This document shows, one piece after another, positions 33,412 through 45,939 of a DNA stretch of 64,000 nucleotides; position 1 is the stretch's first letter, and every line of letters starts with the position of its first letter. A program made the translations under genes and the position numbers. The stretch spans positions 973,101 to 1,037,100 of the forward strand of contig OZ287696.1 in NCBI GenBank assembly GCA_965649825.1, in the 5' to 3' direction. The notes under the pieces are model-generated. The model was not told the origin of the DNA and ran no database searches. It saw only the letters and a list, made by a program, of their open reading frames with translations. The DNA comes from Penicillus capitatus. Taxonomy: Eukaryota > Plantae > Chlorophyta.

Positions 33412-34532
33412 TTACAATGTCATTTCGTCCAGATCATCGCAGGAGGGTGTCCTACGAAGCTTTTCCATGTTGTGTGGCTCGGGTTTATTGTTCATGACTG
33501 CTTCAATCTTGTCTTCCTTCGACGCAATGGCTGGTGTTGGTTTACAATAGGTGTTGTGAAGCACGTCAAAATCTGCTTTGGCCCATGCCGTCAGCGCTAA
33601 TTTGACATCAAATGTGCTGGAAAATTCTTGCGTAAACTTGATTTCGCCAGGGCCTCTGTACTGAGAGTGGACACGTCGATCATTTTCCCAACGGACATCC
33701 CATCCGTCCGACGGATTGTGGACGACAAAGTGGGCTTTGCCTTGATTTATGGTGATCTCAACAACTGTCCCCTTGACAACAGGGCATCTAAAAGGAAGCT
33801 GGCTTCCGACAGTTATTTGCGAGCAAAAGCCAACGCAGAGAACGTTGTCCGTTTCAGCGAGGCACTTGTGCAATGCTTTTCTCCTCTCCTACACGCACCC
33901 AACCCTTCCCATCAGACACCAACCACCACCTATCCACCATCGTACACGATAGACACACCTGTAGCGATACAGGAACGACACCAAATTCGACAGCAGTGTT
34001 GCCTTTGACACGGAGCTTCCATTGCATAATACTTTGCCGACTGCTCGAGAGATCTGAAACGAGCATTTTTGGCCCAAGTCCAACGAGTTTGACTTGTTTT
34101 AAGCGGTTTGAGTTTTGATGTTTCTCAAACGCAAAACCCTCTCTTTCCCCCAACTCCATATCGAACCCCACTCCAGCGCTTTCGTAGTAAAGCAGCTCTT
34201 TCCATGATGGCTCCCTGCTCCACAGCAAAACGTCTTTCGAGAGGGTATGTTCGTTCGTTCACTTACCTCCACGAATAGTCCGGTCGCGCTCCATACTGTC
34301 GTTCATAGGCATCGCGTGCCGCCTGTTCTACGAGTCGCATGCCGCTGCCCGGGTGTCTCAGTCGCATGGCGCGTGACACGAGTTCAATGTGGACCATACT
34401 CTTCGGGTCGAGTTTACTCAAGATACTGACCAATACGTCGACGGGAAGGGCGAGAAGAGGGAAGACATTTTCCGCCGGTGTGTTCTCTTCAGATGTCTCC
34501 CCCATCGAAGATGAGAACCTTAAGGTTGCCAT
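33412..34532 (-). CDS. F-box protein with SPRY-like C-terminal region
   Basis: F-box LLALPVDVLVSILSKLDPKSM; WKLRVKGNTAVEFGVVP is SPRY-like. Confidence 0.65.
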
Positions 34533-34745
34533 GACCGAAGGCAAACGTCTTACGTGTTACGACGAAGCCGAAAGCGAAGGCGCACTGACGGCGAACGAGA
34601 TAGCAAACGACTGGCGACGGTAACTCAGACGAAAAGGTAAGGAAATAAGAGATGCTTGTAGCGTGCGCTTAAAGGAGTTTCAAAGCAGACGGCGCTTCTG
34701 AACAAAAGACGATGGCCGAGGTATCGACATTAAACCTCATTGCTC

Positions 34746-36026
34746 TTAATGGGACCATTCCTGACCGAGACGGTAACCCATGATGCCATTGCTGAAATGA
34801 CGCTCGAGGATGTCGAGCTTCACAAAGGCCTGAAGCAAAAACTTGTCGCCGACGGCATCGCTCTCTTCAAGCTGCTGCTGTGATAGGAAGTCGGATTGCG
34901 CTAAGGGCTGAGTGGAATGAAAGCGCTGGAAGGCATCATCGAGTCGCGCGTGTGAGATCGCGCTTCTTAAGTACTGTGGTAATGTGTTATATCGATCCAC
35001 CGAAATCCAGCGAGGGGCATTCTTGGCCGGTGATGTGAAGACGCTCTTCTGGGGCTGATTGTGTGGCGAGCGATACGGACTGCCGAATCGTATCTGATCG
35101 TCCGTGAACGAAAGACGCGGACTCTGGAGTGGCGTCGCTTCGCTTTTTGGAGTAAGGATCGGTAGAGGCACCTCGGAAATCATCACATCGCGAAATCCTG
35201 TCTCTCCTTCGCCTTCGTCGACGTCCATTTCGATCTCTTTCTCTTCTGCGACGCGAGGGCGAAACTCAAAAGAATCGCCATCGCAGCTTGGCAAAGGAGA
35301 GACCAAAAGCGTCTCTCGTTGCTCGTCTGGAGCCTCGACTGACGTGTACTTCTTCTTGAGTGCTAACGTCCCCGGTGAGCACTGCAGCGCGTCTTGCGAT
35401 AGAGTCGAGACACTACCGAACGTTGCACGTCTCTGCACGGCGGACGGATCTTGCGACAAAAGAAAACTGCTTGTGTCTTTTGCCGGCGGTGCGAGGCTTT
35501 GCGATATGAAGGAAGCTTGAGCCGATGCCAGAGGTGATTTATATTCATCGCCTTCTCTTACAGATCCCTACACATCGTCCGTCACAATCAACGAAAAGAT
35601 GAAAAGAGTGACCTCTATAGGCATGAGTGTAGCATATTTGGTGCTGTCAGGATTGATGTCCTGGACGAGAGTCATTGGATCGAACGGTGCTTTGTCTTCG
35701 ATGCCGTGTTGGTAACCATAGTTTCGCAAATGTGCTTCCAGAACGTCGAGTCCTGACACGGTCTCCTGATAAACGAGCAGACAGCTGTTGGTGAGTTCCG
35801 TCAACGACGTCCGATCGCTCGTGCGCGACTCCAGATCGATCATTGCGTTTTCGATGTCGTTGGCTTGGTGCTCGAGCTGTTTGAGCCGTTCCCGAAATTG
35901 ATGGGGTCCTAAAGAGTAACCATGTTCCAGACGGCGCTTCAGATTGGCGACGTCGTCATCGATGCGCTTGACAAAATCGCGAAACCCGAGAAAGAATCCA
36001 TCAATCGCTGCTTCCAAACCACTCAT
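34746..36026 (-). CDS. SKA3: Spindle and kinetochore-associated protein 3-like
   Basis: N-terminal coiled coil ending LEAHLRNYGY, an S/P-rich linker, and a C-terminal domain YNTLPQYLRS. One intron joins ORFs 35568-36026 and 34746-35459 in frame. Confidence 0.6.
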
Positions 36027-36109
36027 CGAGATTGAAACGACAGAAACGGCGGCACGACGGTATCGTATGTTCGTTCGCGTAGATTCGTGCGATTGCGTCC
36101 ATCGTAAAG

Positions 36110-36920
36110 ATGTCCGATTTCAACGTTCATACCGACGTCCAAGACGTTAGCTGGTACTCTTCCACCACCCACGGCACAGGAGTGGGCTATTCAGCGAGTA
36201 ACTATGCCCCGCCAACTGCCGCCTACGAAAACTTTGAAGAAGAGGCACCTCTACTCGAAGGTAACTCTTACTGGATTCGACGTCACACTATTCTCACTCA
36301 AAACACAGAGCTCGGAATCGACATCCCTGGTATCATCAAGAAGAGCAAAGCCATATTGCTTTTTCAGCTGCGCTCGCCAGACTTGGATGACTTGGATATG
36401 GGCGGCCCTCTGCTGTTGGCTGCCGCCTTGGGCTCCATTCATTTAGTGGTGCGGCTCTAAGCTCCCACACCGAAGGTAGTTTATTGAATGCTATCGATGT
36501 GCAAGATGGGAAAACTGCATTTTGGTGTGATTCTGGGATGGAGTGTTGTCGCCGCCTGTCTTCTGGCATTTGTCGTTAATCAATTGGCAGGAGACGGCAA
36601 TCCGGATAGCCCCAAACTGGCACTCTACAACGTCTGTTGTCTGCTTGGATACTGCCTTGTGCCCACCATCGTCCTCTCACTCTTCGTTCTCCTTGTCCCT
36701 GGGTAGAACCGCACTCCATCATGATCCGTCTTATATCTGTGACCGTATCAGGAAGAATGCTCTGCACTACTCTGTGGCTGCCATCTGCGTTGTCTGGTCG
36801 ACCTATCTGGCGGCGACGCTGTTTGTCCGAAGGTCGATCTGTTTGGAAGATGTTCGTGGATTGATTGCCTATCCCTGTTTTCTGGTCTATACGACATTTG
36901 CGTTGTTAGCCATTTACTGA
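36110..36920 (+). CDS. YIP1: Yip1-domain Golgi/ER membrane protein (YIPF5-like)
   Basis: EEAPLLEELGID, DMGGPLL, GKLHFGVILG, LLGYCLVP and LIAYPCFLVY. Confidence 0.9.
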
Positions 36921-37220
36921 CGAACACGGACGAGTGGTGGGTGTATCATGCGACGCATCTATCGTCTGCTATCGTGGTTTGTGGCTCTGCTTCTTGCGTG
37001 GTCCGTGGCAACGAGCCGCACGACAGGGACCTTACGTCTCGCCGTTCTCGTGGTAAGCCGAAACGCAAAAAACTAGAAAGTGTAACGCAAAGTGTGATAG
37101 AGTCCACTGCTTGGCCTTGTGGGATTTGGCCTGTATATGCTCTGTCTCCTGGTCATCGGTGTAGCCACTTTCCGAACAGTCCCGGAAGAAGCAGAGCGAT
37201 TGAAGCAGGTTCTTTTCCCG

Positions 37221-37721
37221 TCAGGCAGTCGCACATCGAGACACTTTCAACATGATAGGATATTCGCGAGGCCAGGGCAGATTTAATACGAAGAGGCGTT
37301 TTGGAATCGTCGTCTGCAGGTGACCAAGGATAAGAGGCCATTGAAAACAATCCATCCATGTTAGGGACTGTCTTTGTTTACCATCAAGGAAACACACGAC
37401 TCCATTGCATCCACACGTGATCATGAAACATCGATCTGCAACGCAGAGATCGACACTTTACGATCGTCGAGGGGCTGCTATCGGAATACCTGCTGAGATT
37501 CGCAGGAGCAGGAAAGGAAGTCGAAGACAGAGCGTCGGGATGGGCAAGGGTATGTAGTCTCTGGCGTTGCTTGTGCTAAGAGGCAGCGTCGGTGTCGATG
37601 GACGGCGGCACGGTATGAGATCGACCTTTGGATTTTTGCTGCAGTAGATGTAGAAACGCCCTTTGCGTCGCTTCACTTTGCAGAATTCGCAGAGTCGTTT
37701 GATCGACGAACGCACCTTCAT
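37221..37721 (-). CDS. MRPL36: Ribosomal protein bL36, probably mitochondrial, 3' end uncertain
   Basis: MKVRSSIKRLCEFCKVKRRKGRFYIYCSKNPK|HKQRQ; no transit peptide, C-terminal extension. Confidence 0.85.
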
Positions 37722-37758
37722 TTTTTCGATCCGACGTCGTCGAATCCGAAGAGCGCCG

Positions 37759-38404
37759 ATGAGACATCGCATCGCCCAGAGGAAACTGGGCAGGACATCG
37801 GAGCATCGTCTGGCCATGCTCAAGTGATGCATCGTTTCGCCTATCGACGTTTGACACCGTCGACAGAACCATGGTGACGCAGCTCATCAGACATGAAAGG
37901 ATCGAGACGACACTCCAAAAGGCAAAAGAGCTTCGCAAAGTCGCCGATCGAGTGGTGACCTATGCAAAGAAGGTCAGTGGCACGAGACCATGCTGTCGTT
38001 CTAGGGCGTTTCTGGCAACAGAACACGGATCGTTCACGGGAATTGGCAGCGGAGATTGTCCGTGGAGACGATGAAGTCTTCAAGCTCTTCACAGAGATGG
38101 CCCATCGGTATCAATTTCGTCAGGGTGGCTACACGCGGATCATCCGATCACGAGTGCGTCTGATCGACGCCGCGCAACTCGCCTATATCGAGTCCAATGT
38201 CTTTCCCTTACCTCTCTCTAGACACCCTCGCTCTCTAGGTTCGTCGATCGCGTCGGTGAACTGCGTCCCACTCGACCGCCTTTAAAATCGTTCATGCCGC
38301 GATCAGCCGAGGTTATGGCAGAGTTAACATCGACATCGGCTCAGCAGAGTGAGACAAATGAGGAGGAACCATCGACAGCTCCCGAATCCAAGAGCGCTGT
38401 TTAA
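37759..38404 (+). CDS. MRPL17: Ribosomal protein bL17, probably mitochondrial
   Basis: [45 protein letters not shown]...RQGGYTRII. Confidence 0.9.
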
Positions 38405-38741
38405 TCTTCTTGATACACCATTCTCTAGAAGCTCTCTTCGAAATCGCTCTTGCGTATCGACTGTTGCCGAATATCTTGTTGAAACGACGCGATTTCGTTT
38501 CGCATTGCCTCCTGTACCTCTAGAAACGCCATTCCATCGATCGAATCATCAGCGGACTCGGAGGGAGACCATTTGACGGAGTGATTTTCATCTTCCGCAG
38601 TTTATTTCGTTGTCGCGTTCGTTCCTGCCGCAATCGCCCCGCCAACTTGGCCTGAATAAAAAGGTGATCTTGATCTCACAATGCACTTAAGTACTAGATC
38701 ATAGATGAGTTTATCTGCATCTTCTCTGAGCTGCTTTAGAG

Positions 38742-39478
38742 ATGTCCTCGCCTGATTCCTGCGATTGTATCGTTTAGTCGAGCCGCAGACTCGGACGAGA
38801 CATACACTAGCATTTCTTCAGACGAAGGGTCCTTCTTAAGCTTCAACCAAAGTAGCTGATGAACGAAGAGCTAAAGGCAGAGCTGTCAGCCAGAGGGATG
38901 TCGTCTAAAAACGATGGGCTACTCGATAGTCTTTCTTTAGAACAGAGAGTCGCGATTTGCTCATCGCCACAGGCGATTTAAGGGCACGACTAGCACTGCT
39001 ACTCGCTTCTTCAGACATGAACAGGAAAACGTACAGACAGGCTTCTTGATTTGACAGGTCGACATACTCCAGTTAGCATCCGCGACGGCGTGTCTGGCTC
39101 GTCATCGATCTCCACTCGACTCCGTGTTACTCCGCGATGCCCGATCGTTACGATTGCCTCCGATCGCGATCGACTCCGTGTTCCTCCGCATTCGCTATCG
39201 ATTGTCACCGACCGTGAAGATTAATCGACAGATGCGTGTCATTGCGTAGGAGTAAATACTTGTTGGATGACATGGAGACCGACACTATACCACAACCTGT
39301 CTTTAGAAAGGCCGAGAAGATAAATCGCAACCGTCGCTCGTGCCCAAGGTCTTGTAAAGCGAACTGGAGATGCACGTTTTTTAATCGATCCATAGATCGA
39401 TGCATTCTATCGTCTAAGAAGAACTGGAACACGAAAAAACATCAAAAACGACAAAAAACGCAAGAAAACCTCCATTGA
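38742..39478 (+). CDS. Possible small gene with a SAP-like motif
   Basis: EELKAELSARGMS...DLRARL if a 44-bp intron is removed. Exon structure and boundaries are unresolved. Confidence 0.2.
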
Positions 39479-39604
39479 TTGTCGCTGTGCGCGATTATTA
39501 TGCCTCTAACGCCGATACCATTTGACTTGGATGATGATCACGCACGTGCTGTTGATTTGGCAGATGTCCTTCTTGCTTTTTAGAATGACGTCTTTAACAC
39601 ATGA

Positions 39605-40657
39605 CTATGCAGAAGATACAAGAATAAGAACGGTTACTACCAAGATTAGACCGATCACAGTAATTGTCAGGCACTGGGCTTTTCTATGAGAAATGGATGC
39701 CGGGACACTTCGAATGGTGTCGTTTCTTGGACAAACCCACTCGAGCTCTCTCCAAATTAATGAAGTGACAACAACGGCCAAAAACATGTCGATGGAATAA
39801 TGGTGGTGCTCCAGAACAGTGCGTACGGCTGTTTGACACAGCGCTGCCCAGAGAAGCCAACAGCATTGGCCTCGGTAATAGGCATGATAGAGCAATGGTG
39901 TCAATGTCCACAGATTACAATGGCCACTGCAAAATAGATGGAATGAGATGAGATGTGTAAGAAAGAGCGATACCTGAAGATGAGATCATTGCAACCACCT
40001 CTTCCCATCATTTCTCGGAATCCGGCGCGAATGAACTCTGTCCATGATGACGGAACAGGAGGAAAACGTCGCAGATAACATCCAGGCTTCGGACTCGGAA
40101 GCACGGTGAGCATGAAACAGACAATTCGGACAGTGCGGCTGAGGACAAGTGTCAGAACAAACCGTGACATCATACGAAATCCAGAATAGGGCACCTACAC
40201 GAAAGATACTTTAAAGTCGTCAGAGCAACCCGTCTGACCTGTTCCCATAGAACGGAGAGGCCGATGAGAATGGAGGATGACAGGAATTGCAGTGTGTGCA
40301 CCCAAGGAAAGGAAACCAGACGATGTGCAACTGGATACTGAGATGCTATGTAAAGCACAGCGATCTCGAGATTATCTTGAAGAGGTGCAATCCTTTTCAT
40401 CCGCTTTCGATCGGTTGCAGATACCACCCTAAACACAGACCCGATGCACTCGTGTCTTGTCGATCCTATGGCTAGACCAGACAAAGAAATTCTCAGTTGT
40501 CAATTCCAACGTCAAAAGCAAAGCATAGACGAAGAACGTCTTGACATGCGGCACTTCATCTCCCCATCTTCCAAAACGAAGCAGTTTCCAACAGGTGATC
40601 AGCACACCTAAACGTCCCATCACGATCATATCGACGTTCGATCGAACAGATCGCCAT
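39605..40657 (-). CDS. Sphingomyelin synthase / inositol phosphorylceramide synthase family (PAP2_C)
   Basis: LTVLPSP..GC, GGCNDLIFSGH (spliced) and HHHYSIDMFLA. Confidence 0.85.
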
Positions 40658-40969
40658 GCCGATGAGCAGGAGAGGGAGAAAAGCGATTCGCGTTATCGGG
40701 GCGATTTGGTATAGGGAGGCACCGATGAAGATGATGCGACAGGTCCAAGCGAGTAACGTCGGTTGTGTTCTACAGCGACGTCAGTCATGACACATCTGGC
40801 CTCACACGTCTCGCATCACAGACAGACGTATACGCTGTCTTGTCAGCAGAAGTCACTCCATTTCTGTCTCCCATCTCCAACGGCGCCTGGTGTTTTTGTC
40901 GACGATGCCAGGGAGAGATTCTTCGCCACATCGCGACACACTGGTACGGCACTATGTGATCATCGATCG

Positions 40970-43004
40970 ATGTCTTCCATTTCGTCATCTCGTCAAATGT
41001 CGCGCTCGTCTCGTTACACGTCGTTATCGCGCTTCGTGGAGGTGGAGTACGCACATGATGTCGAAGAGAAAGAAGCCTCAGCGATTCGGCTTCCTGTGGG
41101 AATCCGTTTTGTGCAGAAGTGTATTGGCAGACGGATAGGTTACGACGCCCACAAATATCTGGTCTTCCGATACCATTCCAGTCACATCATACAGAGATTG
41201 TCCATATTGCAGGCATTGGTTCTCACTTTTCTGATCTATGCGACGTATCATGCCTCGAGACGACCTCTGAATGTCGTGAAGCCGTAGAATCTATGCAGTA
41301 ATCCTGCAATGATTGCATGGAGAAAAGTTCTGTAGTCTTCTGTCGCCTTATGATGAGGTCTCTGCACACGTCAAAAGCTGTTCGGGGCATGGAGAGCACA
41401 GTACGACATCAAACCACACCACGAAGGGTTGGGAGCCTTTCATCGGCAAATCCGGAGAGGTCTGTCGATTTAGCCAAGGCATATGAGATGATTCTTCTTC
41501 ACTGTAGAAACTCCTTGTCGGACTTGATTTCACTTTTCTGTTTTCTTATGCAATTGGCGTGATCCTTGCTGGTCGAATTGCTGATCGGAGCAACTTGAGG
41601 CATTACTTGCTCTGGGGTACTGTTCCTGATCCAGTTGAGATACAGCATAGCTCAAAGGCTGTGCGTGTCGTTTAGGAATGGTCGGGAGTGGAGTCGTCAC
41701 AGCAGCGTTCGGCCTAGTACCCTCCGTATCCACCTCGCCCGAGACATAGATTTCTTTTAGGGTTATTTCTGGGGTATCCATTCCTATGCCTTCTACTTGA
41801 TTCTGCAAGTGCGTGTGAGAGCATGGTCATGTGCGCCGTGATGATGAGATGGATGGATGCCTGTATCAGATGGCGACTGGATTGTTTCAAGCATCGGGAT
41901 GGCCAGCCGTCATCGCCATTGTGGCCCAATGGTTCGGCAAAGACCATCTGGGACTTGTTATGGGGATTTGGAATGCCCATGCTTCGGTTGGAAACAGTGT
42001 GGGTTCTGCCTTGTCGGCATCTGTGGTGCATTATGGCTGGGGTAGTGCTTTCTTACTCCTCGGCAGCTTCATTGCAGCTACCGGCATTCTCCTTTGGTTC
42101 TTCATTGTCCCTCAGCCAATCGATGCAGGATACTGTCATCCCGCAAAAAGAGAAGCCAGAGAGCAGCAGCACACCTCCAGAACGACTGACAGTCTGGCGC
42201 ATTCCTCGGTGATGAATGACAACAGAAGAGTAAAGATTCTCAGTGTTGCTGTAGGGGGAAGCCGTTCCTTCTGAAGAGAGAAGGAGCATCACATGGATGG
42301 CCGCTCTTTCCATTCCTGGCGTGATCCCGTTCTCCATTGCCCTCTTTTTCAGCAAGTTCGTTGCCTACACCTTCCTCTTTTGGCTGCCGTACTACATTGC
42401 ATCCATCTGCATCAATGGCCACGAGCTATCTGCAGAGCAAGCAGGCGATTTCAGTATTCTCTTTGACATTGGAGGCATTGTCGGAGGTGCGATTGCTGGA
42501 ATTCTGTACGATATGAGTCATACAGGAGCTGTCATCTCTGCCGTCTATGGTCTCTGTTCGATACCTCTCCTGCTGATCTACAATCAACTGGGGCGGCATT
42601 CCATTCCTGGTAACATGACGTTGCTGTTCTTTTGTGGCTTCTGCGTCAATGGACCCTATGCTCTCATCACCACAGCCGTTTCTGCCACACTTGGCACCCA
42701 CGAGTCCATTGCTGGAAATGAACGAGCGTTGTCCACCGTGGCTGCTATCATTGACGGAATGGGATCTCTGGGGGCGGCACTGGGCCCAACGCTCACCGGA
42801 GAGATTCTCTCTGGCTCTGCCAGAAGCGGCGGCGGCGGCGGTTCTTTCAACCATGTCTTTGTCATGCTAACACTGGCATCGCTCTTTATGGTGTTGACTC
42901 TTGCACGTGTAGCCTGGATTGAAATCAAGACCAAGAAACGCATCGTTGCCGGTCCAGAGACCATCGAAATGGAAAAACTTGTGCGGAAATCCACTTCGGG
43001 TTGA
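40970..43004 (+). CDS. Glycerol-3-phosphate / sugar-phosphate permease (SLC37, MFS)
   Basis: LTFLIYATYHASRRP, GWEPF, FQASGWP, GIWNAHASVGN, FLFWLPYY, NGPYALITTAVSA and AIIDGMGSLGAALGP. Confidence 0.92.
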
Positions 43005-43310
43005 GATTCTAATAAACAACGGATACTATCTCCTCTGCTGTACAAAAAATGTTCATCTGTTCGGATGACTCCCCATGACCTCGATCATGAGTTCCACAAA
43101 CAGAATCTTTCCCTCTCAAACATATAGTATACATGACTCCACTCCACGAATGCCTAGAAGCCCAGTGGTTTCATCAACAGATGAAGGAAAAAGCCGTTCA
43201 TCAGCAAAGAACAAGCCGCCACGAGCATTGGCATTCATTTGAATTCGATCCACAAACGATCGACCCTCTGCTATAGCATAAGAATATGAATATTGGTACA
43301 GATGGATATG

Positions 43311-44493
43311 TCAGTTGTCCAAGTATGATGGGGACAGTGGCGGCCTCACAGACAAAGCATCTGACTTGAAAGGGGAAAAAACGGGCAGGTGCTTTGGATC
43401 TGCCGTCAGTGCCGTCTCCAATCTTTGCACAACGTCCGACATACGTTCGCCCTGATGCTCGATCCCATGAATCATATCTTTCTCATACGTTCCTGTCATG
43501 CGTCGAAAAGAGAGCATTTTGGCATACGAGCGTACGGATTTGACAGCTCCTTTGCCTTCTTGAAGAATTGATTTTGTAAATCTCCTCTGTTTTTCTACAC
43601 TTTGGTGCGCACGGATCACGTCTCGATACTGTTCCATTGCGGACAACAATAGCCCCCTCGTTTCTCTAACGATTTCCATCTCTTCAGGAGATAGGGTCGA
43701 CGCAGGAGGGTCTGAAGAGGGAAGGGAGAGAAGGAATAGCCCAACAATGTCCATCTTTGCATCGATGATCGGAAAAAGAGCGCAGCTGCGCGCAGGAAGC
43801 ATCACCATCTCATTCTCTCTTAAGTACGTAGTGGTGTCGACATGGGCTGGACTGCAGCAGCTTGTGTCTGTGAGCAGGAGAGTGGTGTCGGTAAAGTGTG
43901 CTGCATCGGAAGCACTAGGACCCAGACCCATGCCTTCCATCAGCAGATCCATATTTGCCACCAACTCAAATTTCAATTGTTTGCCTCCATTGGGCGAAGT
44001 CGTCGTCGCCGTCGCCGTTTCTGGAACGCGACAGTAGATGGCGCCATCCACACGGGACCACTGACGTTTTAACGTCATGCGTAATAGACGTAGCGCTGAA
44101 GTGCACAAGTCGTGCAATCGTTGCCAATCCTGCACGCCGAGACACGTCGCGTGACGTCAACGGGTCCATCAGAGTACCGGTGTCCGGGTGGCCTCTCTCA
44201 AGGCAGTCGTTTCATGACAGGCGAACTTCGATGCCAACGGGAGACTGTCAATTTCCGTCTGCTCTGAAAGACACAGAGATGTTTGTACGTGCGCCTCTGT
44301 GGCAATGCATCGTGTTGCCTTTCACCCAGTTCTTTGTCGAGGCAGGGGTTAGGGTTTTTCTGGCGGCGGTCGACGAAACGCAACGAACGACAGGAGTGTG
44401 ACGTAGACGTGGCAATGCAATGACAAAAGGCAGACGCCTGCACCGACGACGACAGACAGAACCTGTCGATACCGATGACACGCGGCTCAACAT
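43311..44493 (-). CDS. CSK: Chloroplast sensor kinase-like protein (GAF-like + degenerate HisKA, no ATPase domain seen)
   Basis: Transit peptide MLSRVSSVSTG..., and KSVRSYAKMLS...DMIHGIEHQGERMSDVVQRLE resembles the CSK/Hik2 DHp helices. Two introns, the first GC-AG. Confidence 0.65.
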
Positions 44494-44561
44494 GGCGGAT
44501 GGTACCAAAGATCCAGAAACGCCGACCATTAACAAAGAATGAAGTCCAATAACAAGATCCA

Positions 44562-45684
44562 TTAGAGAAGAGCATTGGCCTGTGGCAGTAGCAGGGAAGG
44601 ATTCTCTGCATACTTCTGAATAATGGCTTTGGTTCCACGCAGATCGTGGGTCTCTTGATGTTGCAGTTCTCCATTCAATGCATCTTCATAGACGTCCTTG
44701 TAATGAAATGAGCATTTGGTCGTATAGTGGCTCTTCTGGCGATTTTCGGCCATTTCGTGAATGAGCCACTCGGCAAGATCGGCAGGGAAGACGTCATAGA
44801 GCGCCTGGATGAGTTTTGACCCTTCTCGGCCTTTCTTGATATCGTATGGTACAAAGCGTATCTTCTGAACCGTGACAGGATCGAGCCACGATTTCACAAG
44901 CCTCCAGAGACCTTCGAAAATGAATGGGGCATCGATGACGAGATAGAGACCGAGACGTTCGGGATAGTGCACAGCAGATAGTCGCACAAACTGCTGTGCC
45001 ATTCCTGGATGCATATCTCCTGTCGAAAACCCGAAGAAATCGGATACCCAAACCCACTGCTCGACACCTTGAGGCATCATACGAATGGCCTAAACGCAGA
45101 GAAGGCGTTAGATAGGGAGAGGCGTCCTCTGTCAGAAGGGCATGGATGTATGTGTGCTCTGCTGTCCGACGCACCTGTTCAAATCGATTGATTAAGTGCG
45201 TCTTTCCTGCCTCCACTTCTTTGCAACGCGAGAGCTTCATGCAACTGTAGAACACGGGCCTCTGCAGCTTGCAATACCCGATGACGTTCATGTAATGCAG
45301 ACTGTATGCAAGAGGGTGCGGCACGGCACATAAGGACGGCGGCGTTACCCTGGATTTTTGGCACAGGTGTGGCATGCCAGTTTCTCGGGCTGCACTTCCA
45401 GGCGCCACTTTACCGAATCCTCAACGCGTGCTGCCGCCTGATGACACGATGCTGACGAGGAGCCAAGTCGAATCGAGTGATATCATTACCTTGTGCACGT
45501 CGCCTGCCGTCGCGCGTAGATATCTGTTAGCCATGGCATCGTCACAGACGCGGCGAGCCTCCTCCGTCAACAAATTCTGAAGCTGTGCTATCTGCATGGC
45601 CGTGTCCTTCATCGAATAAATGTCGTACAAATTCTTGCTCGGTTCTTCCTTTTGGCGACCAGCTTCCCCGCGACCATTCGTCAT
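44562..45684 (-). CDS. CRAL-TRIO / Sec14-like lipid-binding protein
   Basis: DDAMANRYLRAT.GDV.K, WVWVSDF.GF, HYPERLG and DAPFIFEGLWRLVKSWLDPVTVQKIRF. Confidence 0.9.
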
Positions 45685-45939
45685 AATGACGTCATTAGCT
45701 GCGAGCCCCTGGACCAGACCTTTTCGACCAACAAGGCCCTTTACTGTGGTTTATCTTGTCGATGCTATCGAGCCGTCGAATGGCATTCAGCCAATCGGCG
45801 ATCGAATTCGATGCAGAGTGGCGTGGCGCCATCCATCGAGGCAGAAATGAAGGCATCCGTATCTGATTGTCCCGCGGAACACGTGCGCATGTAAGGCGCA
45901 GCTTTGCCGTACGGATGACCATTCTGTTGGTTTTTACCA

